Source: Azolla caroliniana
Taxonomy: Eukaryota > Plantae > Polypodiophyta
Direction of reading: 5' to 3'
NCBI GenBank assembly: GCA_043228905.1
Contig: JBHGNT010000001.1
Coordinates: forward strand, 17,546,001 to 17,610,000
DNA length: 64,000 bases
Positions 34,801-46,900 of this stretch are shown piece after piece. The notes below the pieces were generated by a model that worked only from the letters and a program-made list of their open reading frames with translations, searched no databases and was not told where the DNA came from. Every line of letters starts with the position of its first letter. Position 1 is the first letter of the stretch. Position numbers and translations under genes: made by a program.

Positions 34801-37500
34801 TTATGAACAAAACATGGCAGAAGTATCAAGGTCGACACAGTTGTCCGGCAACCCCACAGCTTCACCTCCCCCAAGATGATGTGCTGGGATTTGGTGTGAG
34901 AACCTTGTGATCTCTCCTTTTGGGATACATTGCACATCTTCATTTTCTTTCACAAAGAAAACTGATCTATATCCTGCCACTGGAAAGAGCGGGGTAATCA
35001 GTACTCCCAACTCTTCGTTATATTGTGAAACCACAAGCACTGGCATGCAATCAGATGTCATGCCTCTCTGAGGTTTCCACTTCTTATACATAGCCCATAC
35101 ATCGCCTTTTTGAGGGTAAATCTTAAAAGTGTTTGGCTTCCTTCCGAATTCATATGCTACTAAATGTGAGAAGATACTAGTTGTGTTCCTTTCTATTTCT
35201 TCTCGAAGTTCAAATTCACCACATGTATAAGCAAAACCTGAATTTAGCCACTTACGAACATCTCTAGAGACTGGTTCGGATGGATATAGCCACTTCATGA
35301 GGACTGCGAAAGGATAAACTGATACCACTTTCGTGATATGGGCATAGAATCGGGGCAACCCATCATCGTCATCATAGACCGCCCATATTTGTCCTGGTTC
35401 AAAACTCTCCTCTTGCCTCTCCTTATCGAAGTTGTAGATATCACTCTCTGGGACTTGATATATACCTTCTTCTATGGTTTCTTCTGAACTACTTTTACAA
35501 CTATTATTTGCCTCTTGGGTCTCCATGGACGAAAGCTGAAATGTCACTGATATATTCATATGAATCAACTTTCGAGAGCTTGCACTGGAGCTACTACACC
35601 CTTCTATATCTTCAGACTTTGTGATAGCAGGATCTCTTCTGACATCCATAACTTTCAAGCTATCTTCATTAAATCCCTTCATGATATGCATTTTCAGTGT
35701 CTCAAAAGCTTGAGCTTTCATGGTTTGGACTGAGTCTTCGGCATTAGGCACATATGCAGACTTCGTAGAATTCTCACCTGCAATAAACTCTTTGTCCATA
35801 TTGATAAAAGATCCTAGAACATCGGGATCATCTTTTTTGGTTCTTGACCTTTTGTCTATTTCTAGCGCTGATTGAAAAATATTTTGGTCGAGGATTGTTT
35901 GCTTTTTCGGTGACTTCTTCATTTTCTTTTCCAAACTTTCTATTGATGACAGTGAATCATTACCAATATAAGACCTCTTCTTGTTTGAAAAATTTGCATC
36001 AGATTTCATGCCGTTCACTATATCCTCACGTAGATGATCTTGTGTCAAGTCATTACCATGAGTGTCTTCTACAGGCATCTTTCCATTATCCTTTGCTTTC
36101 TTTTCCTCATCTTCTGGTTTCATTCCACAATTCAGTTTCTTTGACCTGTCATCAGATGGATCACATTTCTGTTCAACCAGCTCATTTTCATTATCAGATG
36201 GCACATTTTTTCGATGAGCTGGGTCATTGTCACATATAGCATTTTGCTCTGCTAGCATCCAATCATTATCAAATGGCACGCTTATTCGACGAGAGGGTTC
36301 CTTGACTCGAGCAGTTCTTTTATGTGCTAGGTCCTTTTCTACATAAAATGAAGCACCGCCTTCTTTATGTTCCGACATTCCTTCATCATCAGATGGAGAG
36401 CTTTTGCCATGTGGAAGCTCTTCTCCACCATCAGATGGAGTGGCTTTCTGATCTTCCAGGTTTTCTCCACCACCAGATGGACCAATTTTCTGATGTGGTA
36501 GATACTTTCTACCACCAGGACCGCTTTTTTTGTCATCTCTATCTTCTCCATCATCAGAGAAAGCACATATTGGATCTATCTGGGTATCAAATGGAGTAAT
36601 TTCTTGATCTTCTTGATCATCTACACCATCCAATGAAGAACTGTTCATATGTGCTAAGTTATTTTCATCACCAGATGGAACACTTCTTCGATCTGCATTC
36701 CTTGTATGAAGGCCATTTTTGCCATCAAATGGAGCACTTTTTTGGGGTGCTAGCTCTTTTTCATGATTTAATGAACGCTCTTTTCCACCATCCAAAGGGG
36801 CAGCTTTTGGATCCTTGAGCTCCTTTTCTCTGTTGAATGGACTACCTTTCTGATCTGCCCCCTCCTTTCCACCACCAGATTTCACAGTTATCTTATCTTC
36901 TCGCTTCTTCTCATCGTCACATTGCTGGCATTCACTTTGTGAATATTTTCTTTCAGTGGCAACGAATTTGGCAGCAAAGAAGGGTTGCAAGCAATGTCTA
37001 CATTGAACATATTGGCATTCAAATGATTCCAGAAGCTCAGAAGGACCCTTACACTTTGTACACTCAGTCCAAAAGAATCCTTCTTTCGGTTGAGATACAT
37101 TACCATCATTACTACCAGTAACCTTTATAAGATCCCTTTCTTGTTCAAAGAAGTCAAAAGCGTCTTTCACAAGCTTAAATGCAGCACTTGCACTTGGAAA
37201 CTTGTTCTTGTCAGGATGAAGCAAAAGTAGCAACTTCTTATATTGCTTGCGAATGGTTTCTTCATCGGTATAGCGTTTCACTTGCAAGATTTTGTGCCAG
37301 TTAGAGGCAAAATTATCTGATACCTCATGAGCACTACTTTGTACATCTAATACTGCCATAAAATGTTGAAGACCACCCAAACTTGGGTCAAGACGTTGTG
37401 CTTTAAGAATAAATCTCTTTGCTCCGGTATAATCTTCTAAAATTAACTTCTCCTCTGCAATTGTTCGTGCTTTTATGGCTTCTTCTTTGTTGCATTCCAT
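34801..37500 (-). CDS. DnaJ (J-domain) + Zn-ribbon + DUF3444 protein, single coding exon, about 899 aa
   Basis: MECNKEEAIKARTIAE start; J-domain HPDKNK; FWTECTKC...CRHCLQPFFA; C-terminal FEPGQIWAVYDDDDGLPRFYA...IYPQKGDVWAMYK...RFSHQIP...LDT. The frame is open. Confidence 0.93.
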   Translation of the reverse strand: MECNKEEAIKARTIAEEKLILEDYTGAKRFILKAQRLDPSLGGLQHFMAVLDVQSSAHEVSDNFASNWHKILQVKRYTDEETIRKQYKKLLLLLHPDKNKFPSASAAFKLVKDAFDFFEQERDLIKVTGSNDGNVSQPKEGFFWTECTKCKGPSELLESFECQYVQCRHCLQPFFAAKFVATERKYSQSECQQCDDEKKREDKITVKSGGGKEGADQKGSPFNREKELKDPKAAPLDGGKERSLNHEKELAPQKSAPFDGKNGLHTRNADRRSVPSGDENNLAHMNSSSLDGVDDQEDQEITPFDTQIDPICAFSDDGEDRDDKKSGPGGRKYLPHQKIGPSGGGENLEDQKATPSDGGEELPHGKSSPSDDEGMSEHKEGGASFYVEKDLAHKRTARVKEPSRRISVPFDNDWMLAEQNAICDNDPAHRKNVPSDNENELVEQKCDPSDDRSKKLNCGMKPEDEEKKAKDNGKMPVEDTHGNDLTQDHLREDIVNGMKSDANFSNKKRSYIGNDSLSSIESLEKKMKKSPKKQTILDQNIFQSALEIDKRSRTKKDDPDVLGSFINMDKEFIAGENSTKSAYVPNAEDSVQTMKAQAFETLKMHIMKGFNEDSLKVMDVRRDPAITKSEDIEGCSSSSASSRKLIHMNISVTFQLSSMETQEANNSCKSSSEETIEEGIYQVPESDIYNFDKERQEESFEPGQIWAVYDDDDGLPRFYAHITKVVSVYPFAVLMKWLYPSEPVSRDVRKWLNSGFAYTCGEFELREEIERNTTSIFSHLVAYEFGRKPNTFKIYPQKGDVWAMYKKWKPQRGMTSDCMPVLVVSQYNEELGVLITPLFPVAGYRSVFFVKENEDVQCIPKGEITRFSHQIPAHHLGGGEAVGLPDNCVDLDTSAMFCS

Positions 37501-38874
37501 GATAAGAATGTATCTATTTTTTCTATAAAAGCTCTTTGGAATTACACAGCTACATATATTTTTGACCAATATCCCAAATAGCCACTATCTGAACAATATA
37601 TAGCTGGAACTTTGAAGCTTCGTAATCGCCATTGGAGACTTTATATGTAAAAAAGAGTAAACAAGAAGAAGAAACTTCAGTTTAGCATGTACTAAAATCT
37701 GCCAAACATGCAAAGGCTATTTGAAATGATAAAAAAGAAAAATAGAAAAAAAAAAACGCATCCTAACTTCAACATGAACAATGAATAGAAAAGATTCAAG
37801 AGAAAACCCTGAAATTCTATCAAGACATAAGTCCAATAAATAAAAGTACTAAGAATAAGAGGGCTATGAGATTTCATATGATAATGAACAGAAAAGATGC
37901 AAATGTTTATCTGTGAAGAAAACAATAAGTTTGCTCCTAGTTTCAATAGGAACAAACTCTAATTTTCTTTCAATGGTAAGAACCCTATATTTCATCCACG
38001 TTTCAACAAGAAACCCTAACTTTCATCCTACCCTAAAAAGGGACAACCCCGGAACTTTTTCCCAGCTTCAACAGGAACAAACGCTAAATTTCATCCTAAC
38101 TTATCCAAAAGAGAAGGAACTTATCAAAGTGTCCACAAAAGTAAGGAACCCTAAATTTCATCCAAAACTTCTATAGAAGGAACCCTACATTTCATCAATA
38201 TAAGAAATCCTACATTTTCCACTCAACTTTTACAACGAATGAGCAGTAAAACTTATTTACGGCTCAATAGAAGAAACCCCAATGCTTCATTCAAGCTTTC
38301 AGTAGAAGAAGTCCTGAATTTTCAACTAAACTAAAATTAGAAAAATCCTAGTTAAACTTGTCCTCCAAGCTTTTTTATCCAATCTAAATTTCAACCAAGC
38401 TCCTATGGAATAAACTCTAAATTTCAACCAAGCTGCTATGGAAGAAGCCCTATATTTTCATCCGACATTGCATAAGCGAAACCCTACATTTCTTCCAGGC
38501 GTCGGTACAGGAAACCTTAGATTTCATCTAAAGCTTCAACAAAAGAAACCCTAATTTTTATAAATGCTTCAAGATAAGAGATACGAGATTTTATCCACCC
38601 TTCAATGGTAAAACAAAATGCTATAATTCCATCCAACGTTCAATCATGGAATAAACATAAGATAAATCTGCGTGTTCTGAAAAACCCTAAAATTTCAAAC
38701 CAGGCTTTAATGGAAAGACACTAGAGGAATCTAGAGCCAAAACAGAGCTACCGCAGCAAAAACAATATTCAAAGAAAAAAACAGACGCAGAATAAATTCA
38801 TTTTTATTTGAAGGATCCAAAAAAACACCTGAAATGCGTCCGACAAAGTTGGGTGTATGATGTGATGAGGGACA

Positions 38875-38955
38875 GAGAGAGAGAGAGAGAGAGAGAGAGT
38901 GCGTGTGTGCGGTTTTTCTTTTTGTGTTGGGCTCTCTCTCTCTCTCTTTCTCTCT
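38875..38955. repeat. (GA)n/(CT)n microsatellites in the likely 5' UTR/promoter of the DnaJ gene
   Basis: Visible dinucleotide tracts. A candidate 5'-UTR intron runs from a donor near 38828 to an acceptor near 37590 (inference). Confidence 0.7.
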
Positions 38956-39499
38956 TTTTCATGCAGGAAGACAGTCTGAGGTTTGCATCTTCTTTATTAA
39001 ATACATACCTTTCACGATGTCACTCACATATGTATACAGTATATGTATGTATGTACATATATGTACATAATCAACTCAACAGTGACTGACTCACCAACAC
39101 ACTAACACTATGTATGTATCACGCGATTGGTATGATATGGCTGGCAGGCAGGCAGGCAGCCCAGCCCAGCACAAGCACAAGCACAAGCACAAGCACAAGC
39201 ACAAGCACAGCAAAGGGGGAGGGGAGGGGTTGAGGGGGATGAAAACATTACATACATAAATCATAATATTCTCTTCATATTGACCTGACGAGATGAAATG
39301 ATATTGCACGCCCACCCCACGATGAGCCTATACATATGGATAGGCGATTTTCTTTTTCCTCACCATTTTCTAGGGTTATTTTAGGAATTTTGGGTGTTGG
39401 GTGCAAGAATGGATGAAGGCAACCCATGAAAGGATTGCATGATGAAATATGACTATTATTTATCTAATTATTTATTTCAATTTCAATTGCTAAAATAAT

Positions 39500-39988
39500 T
39501 GTAAAAAGTAAGATGTGGAACCTACACAGATAGCTAACTTAGCCAAACAACAGAGTATTAAACAATTAGGAATTACACATAGTCCGCAGATGGAGTACAC
39601 AGTGAGAGAGAGAGAGAGAGAGTTAGCAGACAACACGCCAAAGATTTCTATTACAAAAAGATTATGTACATTCAATGTGCTCACAAAGCACTTTTTATAC
39701 AAAGGGTGTACTGACACAAGTACAATTCATGAGCTCACGCCAAAGATTTCTATTACAAAAAGATTATGTACATTCAATGTGCTCACAAAGCACTTTTTAT
39801 ACAAAGGGTGTACTGACACAAGTACAATTCATGAGCTCAGACCGTTGATTGACCTATAATATTCCTATATTAGGCCCAATTCCCAAAAACCTTATGCTCT
39901 TTTAGCCAATCCGATATATGGCCTTCAATCGCTCTGGCTTCCGACTCTTCTAACCAATCCGACTACCTGTTGACCTTGTCACTCAACA
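39500..39988 (-). repeat. Copia-type 3' LTR remnant with PPT and an internal 102-bp duplication
   Basis: tgtaaaa... to ...ctcaaca followed by ctccccct; duplication 39634-39735 / 39736-39837. Confidence 0.75.
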
Positions 39989-40569
39989 CTCCCCCTATCA
40001 TGGACACGACAACAATCATGGCAAGATTCGAACTCTTGACCACTTGTATAATAATCAAGTGTTATGTTCTAACCAACACATCCAAATACATAATCATGTT
40101 ATAAAAATCTTAATAGATTATTAATAGGAGTTTTTAGAAAGTTCTAGAACTAGAAGGTTCTAGAGGGTTCTAGAATATTCTAATGTATGTACTTCTTCTC
40201 ACATTATAAATACTTATAGCCTCCTTAGTCCCTTTCAAGGGATTCGACGTCAGTCATTGACACATCAATCTAGTATTCTTGTTTCGCCCCATCTTGTGTC
40301 CTTGATCTTTATCTTTGTCTTCATGCTCTTGTGTCATTCCTAGTTGCTTAAGTTCCTCGTAGCCTTGTCATCCGTGTTTCGTCTGAGTCCGCGGTTGGTG
40401 TGTCCGTGACAGTTTGAATCCCCTCACACTAGAAGCATCACCCGTCTTTATCATCGCCCTTGCTTCTAAAGTTACCATCCTCACCGTCGTTGCTTCCAAA
40501 GTTACCGTCATCAACATACTTGGTTTTAGAGACGCCATCATTGTTAAGAAACAAGCTCAACAAAAGCAA

Positions 40570-40911
40570 TGTGATACTTATTGGCAGCTGAGATCTTCTA
40601 TAGTAGCTATTAGGAAATTAGCTACTATTAGACATATAGGTAAAACAACTATTTAGCTGAATATGTAAGTTACTAATATACTTAGGTAAAAAAGTGAGAG
40701 AGAGAGAGAGAGAGAAATATAGTGTAGAGAAGTAAGAAGATAGACGAGAGAGGTCTTTTCTCTACGTAATGAAATAGAAGTGTTTTGGGCTGCTACAGAG
40801 GTGAGTGTCCTTCCCCCTTTCTTTCCCTCTTGATCACTAAACGATCCAGCACATCACGATCCGTTGTGCACTAAGAAGAGTTATAGCGTCTTCGTAACAT
40901 GGTATAAGAGC
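40570..40911 (+). mobile_element. LTR remnant followed by an iMet PBS
   Basis: ...cgtaaca at 40899, then tggtataagagc at 40900-40911; the left boundary is uncertain. Confidence 0.55.
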
Positions 40912-43900
40912 AAAGTTGCTCGTAAAGAAGAACAATACAGTCTATGCACTGGGTTACGCTGCATACTTCGCACCGAATGTTAAGCTTATCTCTCAACACT
41001 CCCCCTCAAGCTCAACTTGAGGTTCCACTTGTTCCACCGGATCTACGCTCCGGTTCCTTCTAGCTTCACGCCTCGCTCGCGCTCCTCGACCCGTTTGATT
41101 CCGTGCGCTTTGACCCTTCCGGTCAGCTTGTCAGCTTGTTCGGCCCTTCTCAGCTCCCTTGCTGTCGCGGTGTCGACGCGTCCTTCATTGCCCTTTTCTC
41201 CGCATGGCCTTCAGTTGATTCAGCGTATCCGAATCGAACATTCCGATTGAATCGAATGCTTCCAATTCAATTCCACTCTCATCCGAATTGGCTGTCTCCA
41301 ATTCGTCTCATGTCTTTAGGCCTTTGACAACATCCGACCACGTCTTAGTCTTGGCCTTATCTCCCCCTGTTTTGGTTGTCCTCGGCTCCTTCTTATGCTT
41401 ATGACCCTTGCCCTTGCTTCCGTCTTCGGCTTCTTCAGCCGGTTCGAAGTCAAATTCTCCATTCGACTCCGTATCTCGATCACTTCCGCCGTGATGCTTA
41501 CCTCCGCCCCTTTCACGCTCTTGTCCCTGTTCTTCCTTTCTCCCCCTAAAGTTTCGGCATGTCAAGGTGACGCAACCCAAGCGCGCCCGAGAAATGCCGT
41601 AACTTGTCGAGACCAAGAGGCTTGGTGAAGATGTCAGCAACTTGCCGATCCGTCGGAACATGCACTAGTTCGACTTCACCTGAAAGGACCCACTCGCGGA
41701 CAAAATGGTAATGCACCTCAATGTGCTTGGTCCGGGCATGGAACACGGGGTTTTTCACAAGGTGGATACTGTTGAGGTTGTCGCAATAGATTGTCGTCGA
41801 ATTAGACACCTCTACTTGCAGATCCCGTAATAGCCATTTCAGCCAAATGACTTCGCACATAGTGACAGTCGCCCCTCGATATTCGGCCTCCGTGCTTGAC
41901 AGTGCCACTGTTGGCTGCTTTTCTGCTTCACGCGATCGCCGCACTTCTTAACGAGAAGGCGTATCCGGATGTGGATCGACTATCGTGGGCGTTTTCGGCC
42001 CAATCGGCATCCGTGTAGCCGACTAACTCTTGATCTACGCTTGCTCGATATAGCAACGCCATGTCCTTCGTGCCGCTTACATATCGCAATATCTGTTGCA
42101 TGCACTGAAAGTGTTCGGCTGTACGCTACAACATGAATTGACTAATTAAGCCGACTGGGTAGCTAAGATCCGGCTGAGTAATCATCAAATAGATAAGGCT
42201 CCCAACAATCTGTCGGAACCGTGTTGGGTTGCACGCCTTGCCCAAATCTGGGCGAAGCTTCACGTTTCTATCCAGAGGCATCGAGATGGGCTTATAGTTT
42301 GCCATCCCGAATTTGAAGAGCATATTTAGCACGTAATGACGATGGCTGATCAATATGCCTTCGGGGGTATGGATCACTTCGATCCCGAGGAAGTAATGAA
42401 GGTCTCCGAGATCCTTCATTTCAAACGATGCCACGAGCTGAGACTTCACGCGGCGAATGTCGTCAAGGTTGGCACCGGAGATGACTAAATCATCAACGTA
42501 CAAGAGCAGGCTGACCGATCCATGTTGACCTTGCCGAACAAATAGAGAAGAGTCCGATTTCGACAGCGCAAACCCCATCCTATGCAATTGTTGTGTAATC
42601 TTTGCGTTCCAAGCCTGCGGGGCTTGCTTTAGTCCGTATAAGGACTTCTTCAATTGGCAAACTGCCAAGGTGTGTTGTTTGGATAGAAATCTGGGGGGTT
42701 GTACCATGTACACTTGCTCCTCAAGATCACCTTGCAGGAGCGCGTTCTTTACATCCATCTGATGTAAATGCCACCCCTTTGCCACTGCTACGGTTAGTAG
42801 GACTTGCACGGTAGTCATCTTCGCGAGAGGCGTGAAGGTCTTGTCATAGTCCACGTCGTGCTTCTGTGCGTGGCCTTTCGCTACTAAACGGGTCTTGTAG
42901 CGGTTGACAGAGCCATCGGTGTTGTATTTCACCTTATACACCCATCTGCATCCGATCGGCTTCACACCTTTCGGTGCGTCAACTAGGTCCCAGGTTTCAT
43001 TTTCCGCCAATGCGCACATCTCTTCCTCCATTGCGGCACGCCAGCTCGCGTTTTTCATCGCTTTTGTGTAGCTCTCCGGCTCACGCACTTCCGCCACTCA
43101 TGTCATGTACGCGTAATGGTGCGCCATGTACTCATTATAACTGTATCTCTTTATGGGGTTCTTGAGGCGGGTAGATCGGCGTAATTTGTGATTACCCAAT
43201 TTCGTGACCTTTTCGGTCGATTTCGACCTCTTCCGTGGAGGTTCCTTCTCGACTGGCTCGAGGTCAGATTCACTTCGAACTGACTCGGCACTACCGAAAT
43301 TGTATTCCGGGGACTTCTTCTTCCCCTTCTCCTTGCGCGTAAACCATCTCCTCGGTTCTTTACATGGGGACATCACGACCGAGTGTCCACTGCTCGCCGT
43401 CTCATCATTTGGTTGGCCATCTCGGTCCAACCCCTCATTCGGCCCGCTTAGCCGAAATGAGGTCGGACTCTCTCTCAGAGCTCCGACGTTCTCATCATGC
43501 GGAAGCATTTCAGCCTCGCTGATTTCTTCTTCAAAAGTCAGAATGGAGTCTTGAGGTACTGGAGGTGAAGGCAAGTACCACGAAGCAGACTCATCGAACA
43601 CGACGTCGCGGCTTACGCGTACTTCCTTTGTTTGAGGGTTATAACACTTAGAACCTTTCTGGTCATCTGAATAGCCGACAAAGATACATTTCTCAGCTTT
43701 AGCATCCAGTTTCCTCCTTTTCTCCTTCAGCACGTGCACATACGCGATGTTGCCGAAAATCCTCAAGTGTGCCAAGTTCGGCTTCTTCCCGAAATACAAC
43801 TCATGTGGTGACACTCCTCCATTAGTAGAAGTCCGATTATGCAAGTAGACAACCGTCTTCACGGCTTCAGCCCAATAGAATTTTGGCATCTGCTTCTCTT

Positions 43901-45036
43901 CAAGCATTGCCCTGGCTGCTTCTTCAATCGTCTGATTCTTCCGCTCGGCCACGCTATTCTGCTCTGACGTATATCTACACGAGAATTCGTGTCGAATTCC
44001 CTCCTCCTGTAGATAACTTGTGAACTGGTCGGAGAAGTACTCCTTCCCGCCATCGGATCGTAGGCATTTGATTTTACGCCCTGTTTCCCTTTTCGCAAGG
44101 CTCTTAACCTTCAGGAAACATGCGAAGACTTCGCTCTTCTTCGCGATCGTGCATACCCACATGTGCCGAGTGAGGTCGTCGATGAAGGTTACAAAGTAAC
44201 GGTTTCCACCGAGACTCACGTTCTGTGCCGGACCCCACACATCCGAATGGATCAAATCCAGCAGACTTCGACTATGATTACGCTCATTGGGGAATGGAAG
44301 TCGGTGTTATATACCCATCTCATAGGCTTCGCTGACTTGGCCACTCCGTCCATGAAATTTCGGCAACCCGAAAACAATGTTCTTCGTCTGCATTTCATGA
44401 AGTCGTGGGAAATTTACGTGGCCGAACCGCTTGTACCACAGGTTGATATCCGATTCGACCTTTTGTCCTTTCGCGTACAACGCGGTGTCGTGAAGATTTT
44501 CGTCCATAGGCGGAAACCGGGGTGGAAAGGGCAAGTCGGTGGTGTGCAACATGTGCACACGTGTACTAGGAAATGGTGTATAGAAATATGAGGGGAAATT
44601 TTGTCCCACATTGTAAGGTCCCTCCCTCCTTGGGCTATAAAACGAAGGGAGGGGTCACTTATGAAGGGTTGCCTATTTTGCGTATGAAAGGTATACCACT
44701 TAGTGTAGAGTTCTCACCATTTTAGGGTTAGGGTTTCGTTATTCATCTTCAGTTAGGGTTTTCTCATAGTTTTGGTGCGGTCCATGCGGCCACCATTGTT
44801 GTAATCATTCGTTTGTTTTAATATATCTTGTAGTGGATCTTGCATCCATCTATTTTGGTCTATGCTTATGTGCTACTCTTCATCTTCTCATCCGGTGTTA
44901 AACTTTCATTTCTCATATCTTATTCTTTCTCCTCTACTCCCTAGTCCAAGACCCTCGTGGTCCCGCCCCTTCTACACACACGCGCGTAACAACGCGACAT
45001 CTTTGGTGAACCCGACGTGAAGGGCGGCAAGGGAGC

Positions 45037-46770
45037 ATGGAGATGGAAGAAGACTTCGACTTCGAGGAGATGATGGCAAAGATCGTGATGGAAGCCAGAC
45101 GAAAGATGGCGAAGCGAGATGCGGCTCAACAAGCCGTCGAAAGGGTGGTTGATCGAGTCGGCCGGTTCAATGGGAATGAGGTCCTAAAAATTTTGGGAGC
45201 CTACAAGGCCGAGATGGCGAAAGGGGGCGTGGATGAGGCGATGCGGCTAGAGTATTTTCCTCGAGTGGCGGTCGTATCGGTGCACAAGGAGGTCAAGGAG
45301 CTATGAGAAGCTCATGAGTCGTGGGTGTCCTTTGAGGGAGCCCTATTGGAGGCGTACGGGTATACGGAACCGGAAGGAAGAGGTTGACATTAGTTCGATC
45401 GGTGGGTGGCGTCGGCGAGGCGTCATCGGAGTGCGATGGAGGCATTCCGAGAGTTCGAGCGCCGTTTCTCTCAACTCTCGGAGTGAGATCAGAGATCGGT
45501 GGGGGTGGACAAAGTCCTCTCTTTTTTGAAGACGATCCATCAAGAGGAGAGGACGGACATCTTATTCGACCTTCAAGATGATTATGGAGCACATGGTCTC
45601 ACCGAGGAGTGGTCCGAGGTGGAATGGGTGTGCCGGCAACATGATGCGAGGCGGTCGGCCACAACACGGCCCGCGAGCGGCGGAGAAGAGAGAGCGAAGA
45701 GTGAGTACGCACTACCGCCGGAAGAGAGCTCAACGCAAAACGGTTCAGAGGAGCTCGACCTAGAAGCGCTAATACAGGAGGCATGCGAGCTTGTGAAGGT
45801 GAAAATCGAAGCCGAAGAAGGGATTATTATGGAGTCGGGCCGTAGGCGATCGGAGGATGTGGAGGAAGAAGCCTCCCTAAGCGTAGAAGACGGGGCCGGG
45901 TCCTTACTCACACCGATTCTAGAGACTCCGGCATCCGGCTCGAGAGCCGGTGTGAGACCTAGAGTGATGAACGGTGGTGACGGCAAGGCGGGCAACCAAG
46001 ACGACGGCAAGGAGATCGAGGAAGTGGAGGCGGCAAGCGTAATCGAGGCTTTCGCAATCGAAGACGGGGTAGCCACGGACAACGACGTCCGGATAGAGGT
46101 GGCTACGAACATAACGAGTGGCGGTGCCGCGACCTTACACACACCGGTCCTAGAGGCTCCGGCAGTCGGCCCGAGTGCCGGCGTGAGTCCTAGAGCGACG
46201 GGCGGTGGCGACAGCAAGGCGGGCAACCGAGACGACGACATGGAAGAGACGGCGGCAAGCGTAATCGTGGCTTGCGCGATTGTAGGCGGGGTAGCCGCGG
46301 ACAACGACGTCCGGACGGAGGCGGCTACAGACACAACGAGCGGTGGTGCTGGGTCATTATCCACACCGATCCTAGAGGCTCCGGCGGTCAGCCCGAGTGC
46401 TGGCGTGAGACCTAGAGCGACGGGCGGTGGTGGTGGCAAGGCGGGCAACCGAGACGAGGACGAGGACGAGGAGGTATCAAGCATAACCGAGGCTTGCGTA
46501 ACCGGGGACGAGATAGCCATGGACCACGGCATCCGAACGAAGGTGGCTACAAACATGACATCGGCGAGTGATGGTACCGAGACTTTTCCCACACCTATTC
46601 TAGAGACTTCGGCGGTCGGCCCCGAGAGCCCACGTGAGACCGGAGAGATAGAAGGTGGCGGTGGCAAAGCGGACGATCAAAACGAAGACGAGGAAGGTCA
46701 TAGCGGACGGAGGAGAGACTCCTCGACACCGGGGCCGGAGACTATGGCGGTTGCGTTCGAATGCCAGTGA
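45037..46770 (+). pseudogene. gag-like ORF of element H with acidic 222-231-bp internal repeats
   Basis: VGRFNGNEVLKILGAYKAEM...RLEYF...SWVSFEGALLEAY; TP(I/V)LE(T/A) units at 45910, 46141, 46363 and 46591; in-frame stops. Confidence 0.6.
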
Positions 46771-46900
46771 GGAGGCGTGGCCCGGAGCGAATAGGTACGA
46801 AGATGAGGATGCGAGGCCCGGAACGGGTATTTACGAGAGGACCAACGGAGAGGTCAGGAGTGACAAAGAGGAGAGAGTCGGGAACTGACCCGACTGGAAG

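Noticed and set aside
37501-37569. N-terminal extension of the DnaJ ORF
   Set aside because: It is a non-ATG start; the family-typical start is MECNKEEA at 37500.
45582-46667. 361-aa antisense ORF and other overlapping ORFs in GC-rich TE DNA
   Set aside because: These are shadow frames of repetitive GC-rich sequence with no recognisable domains.
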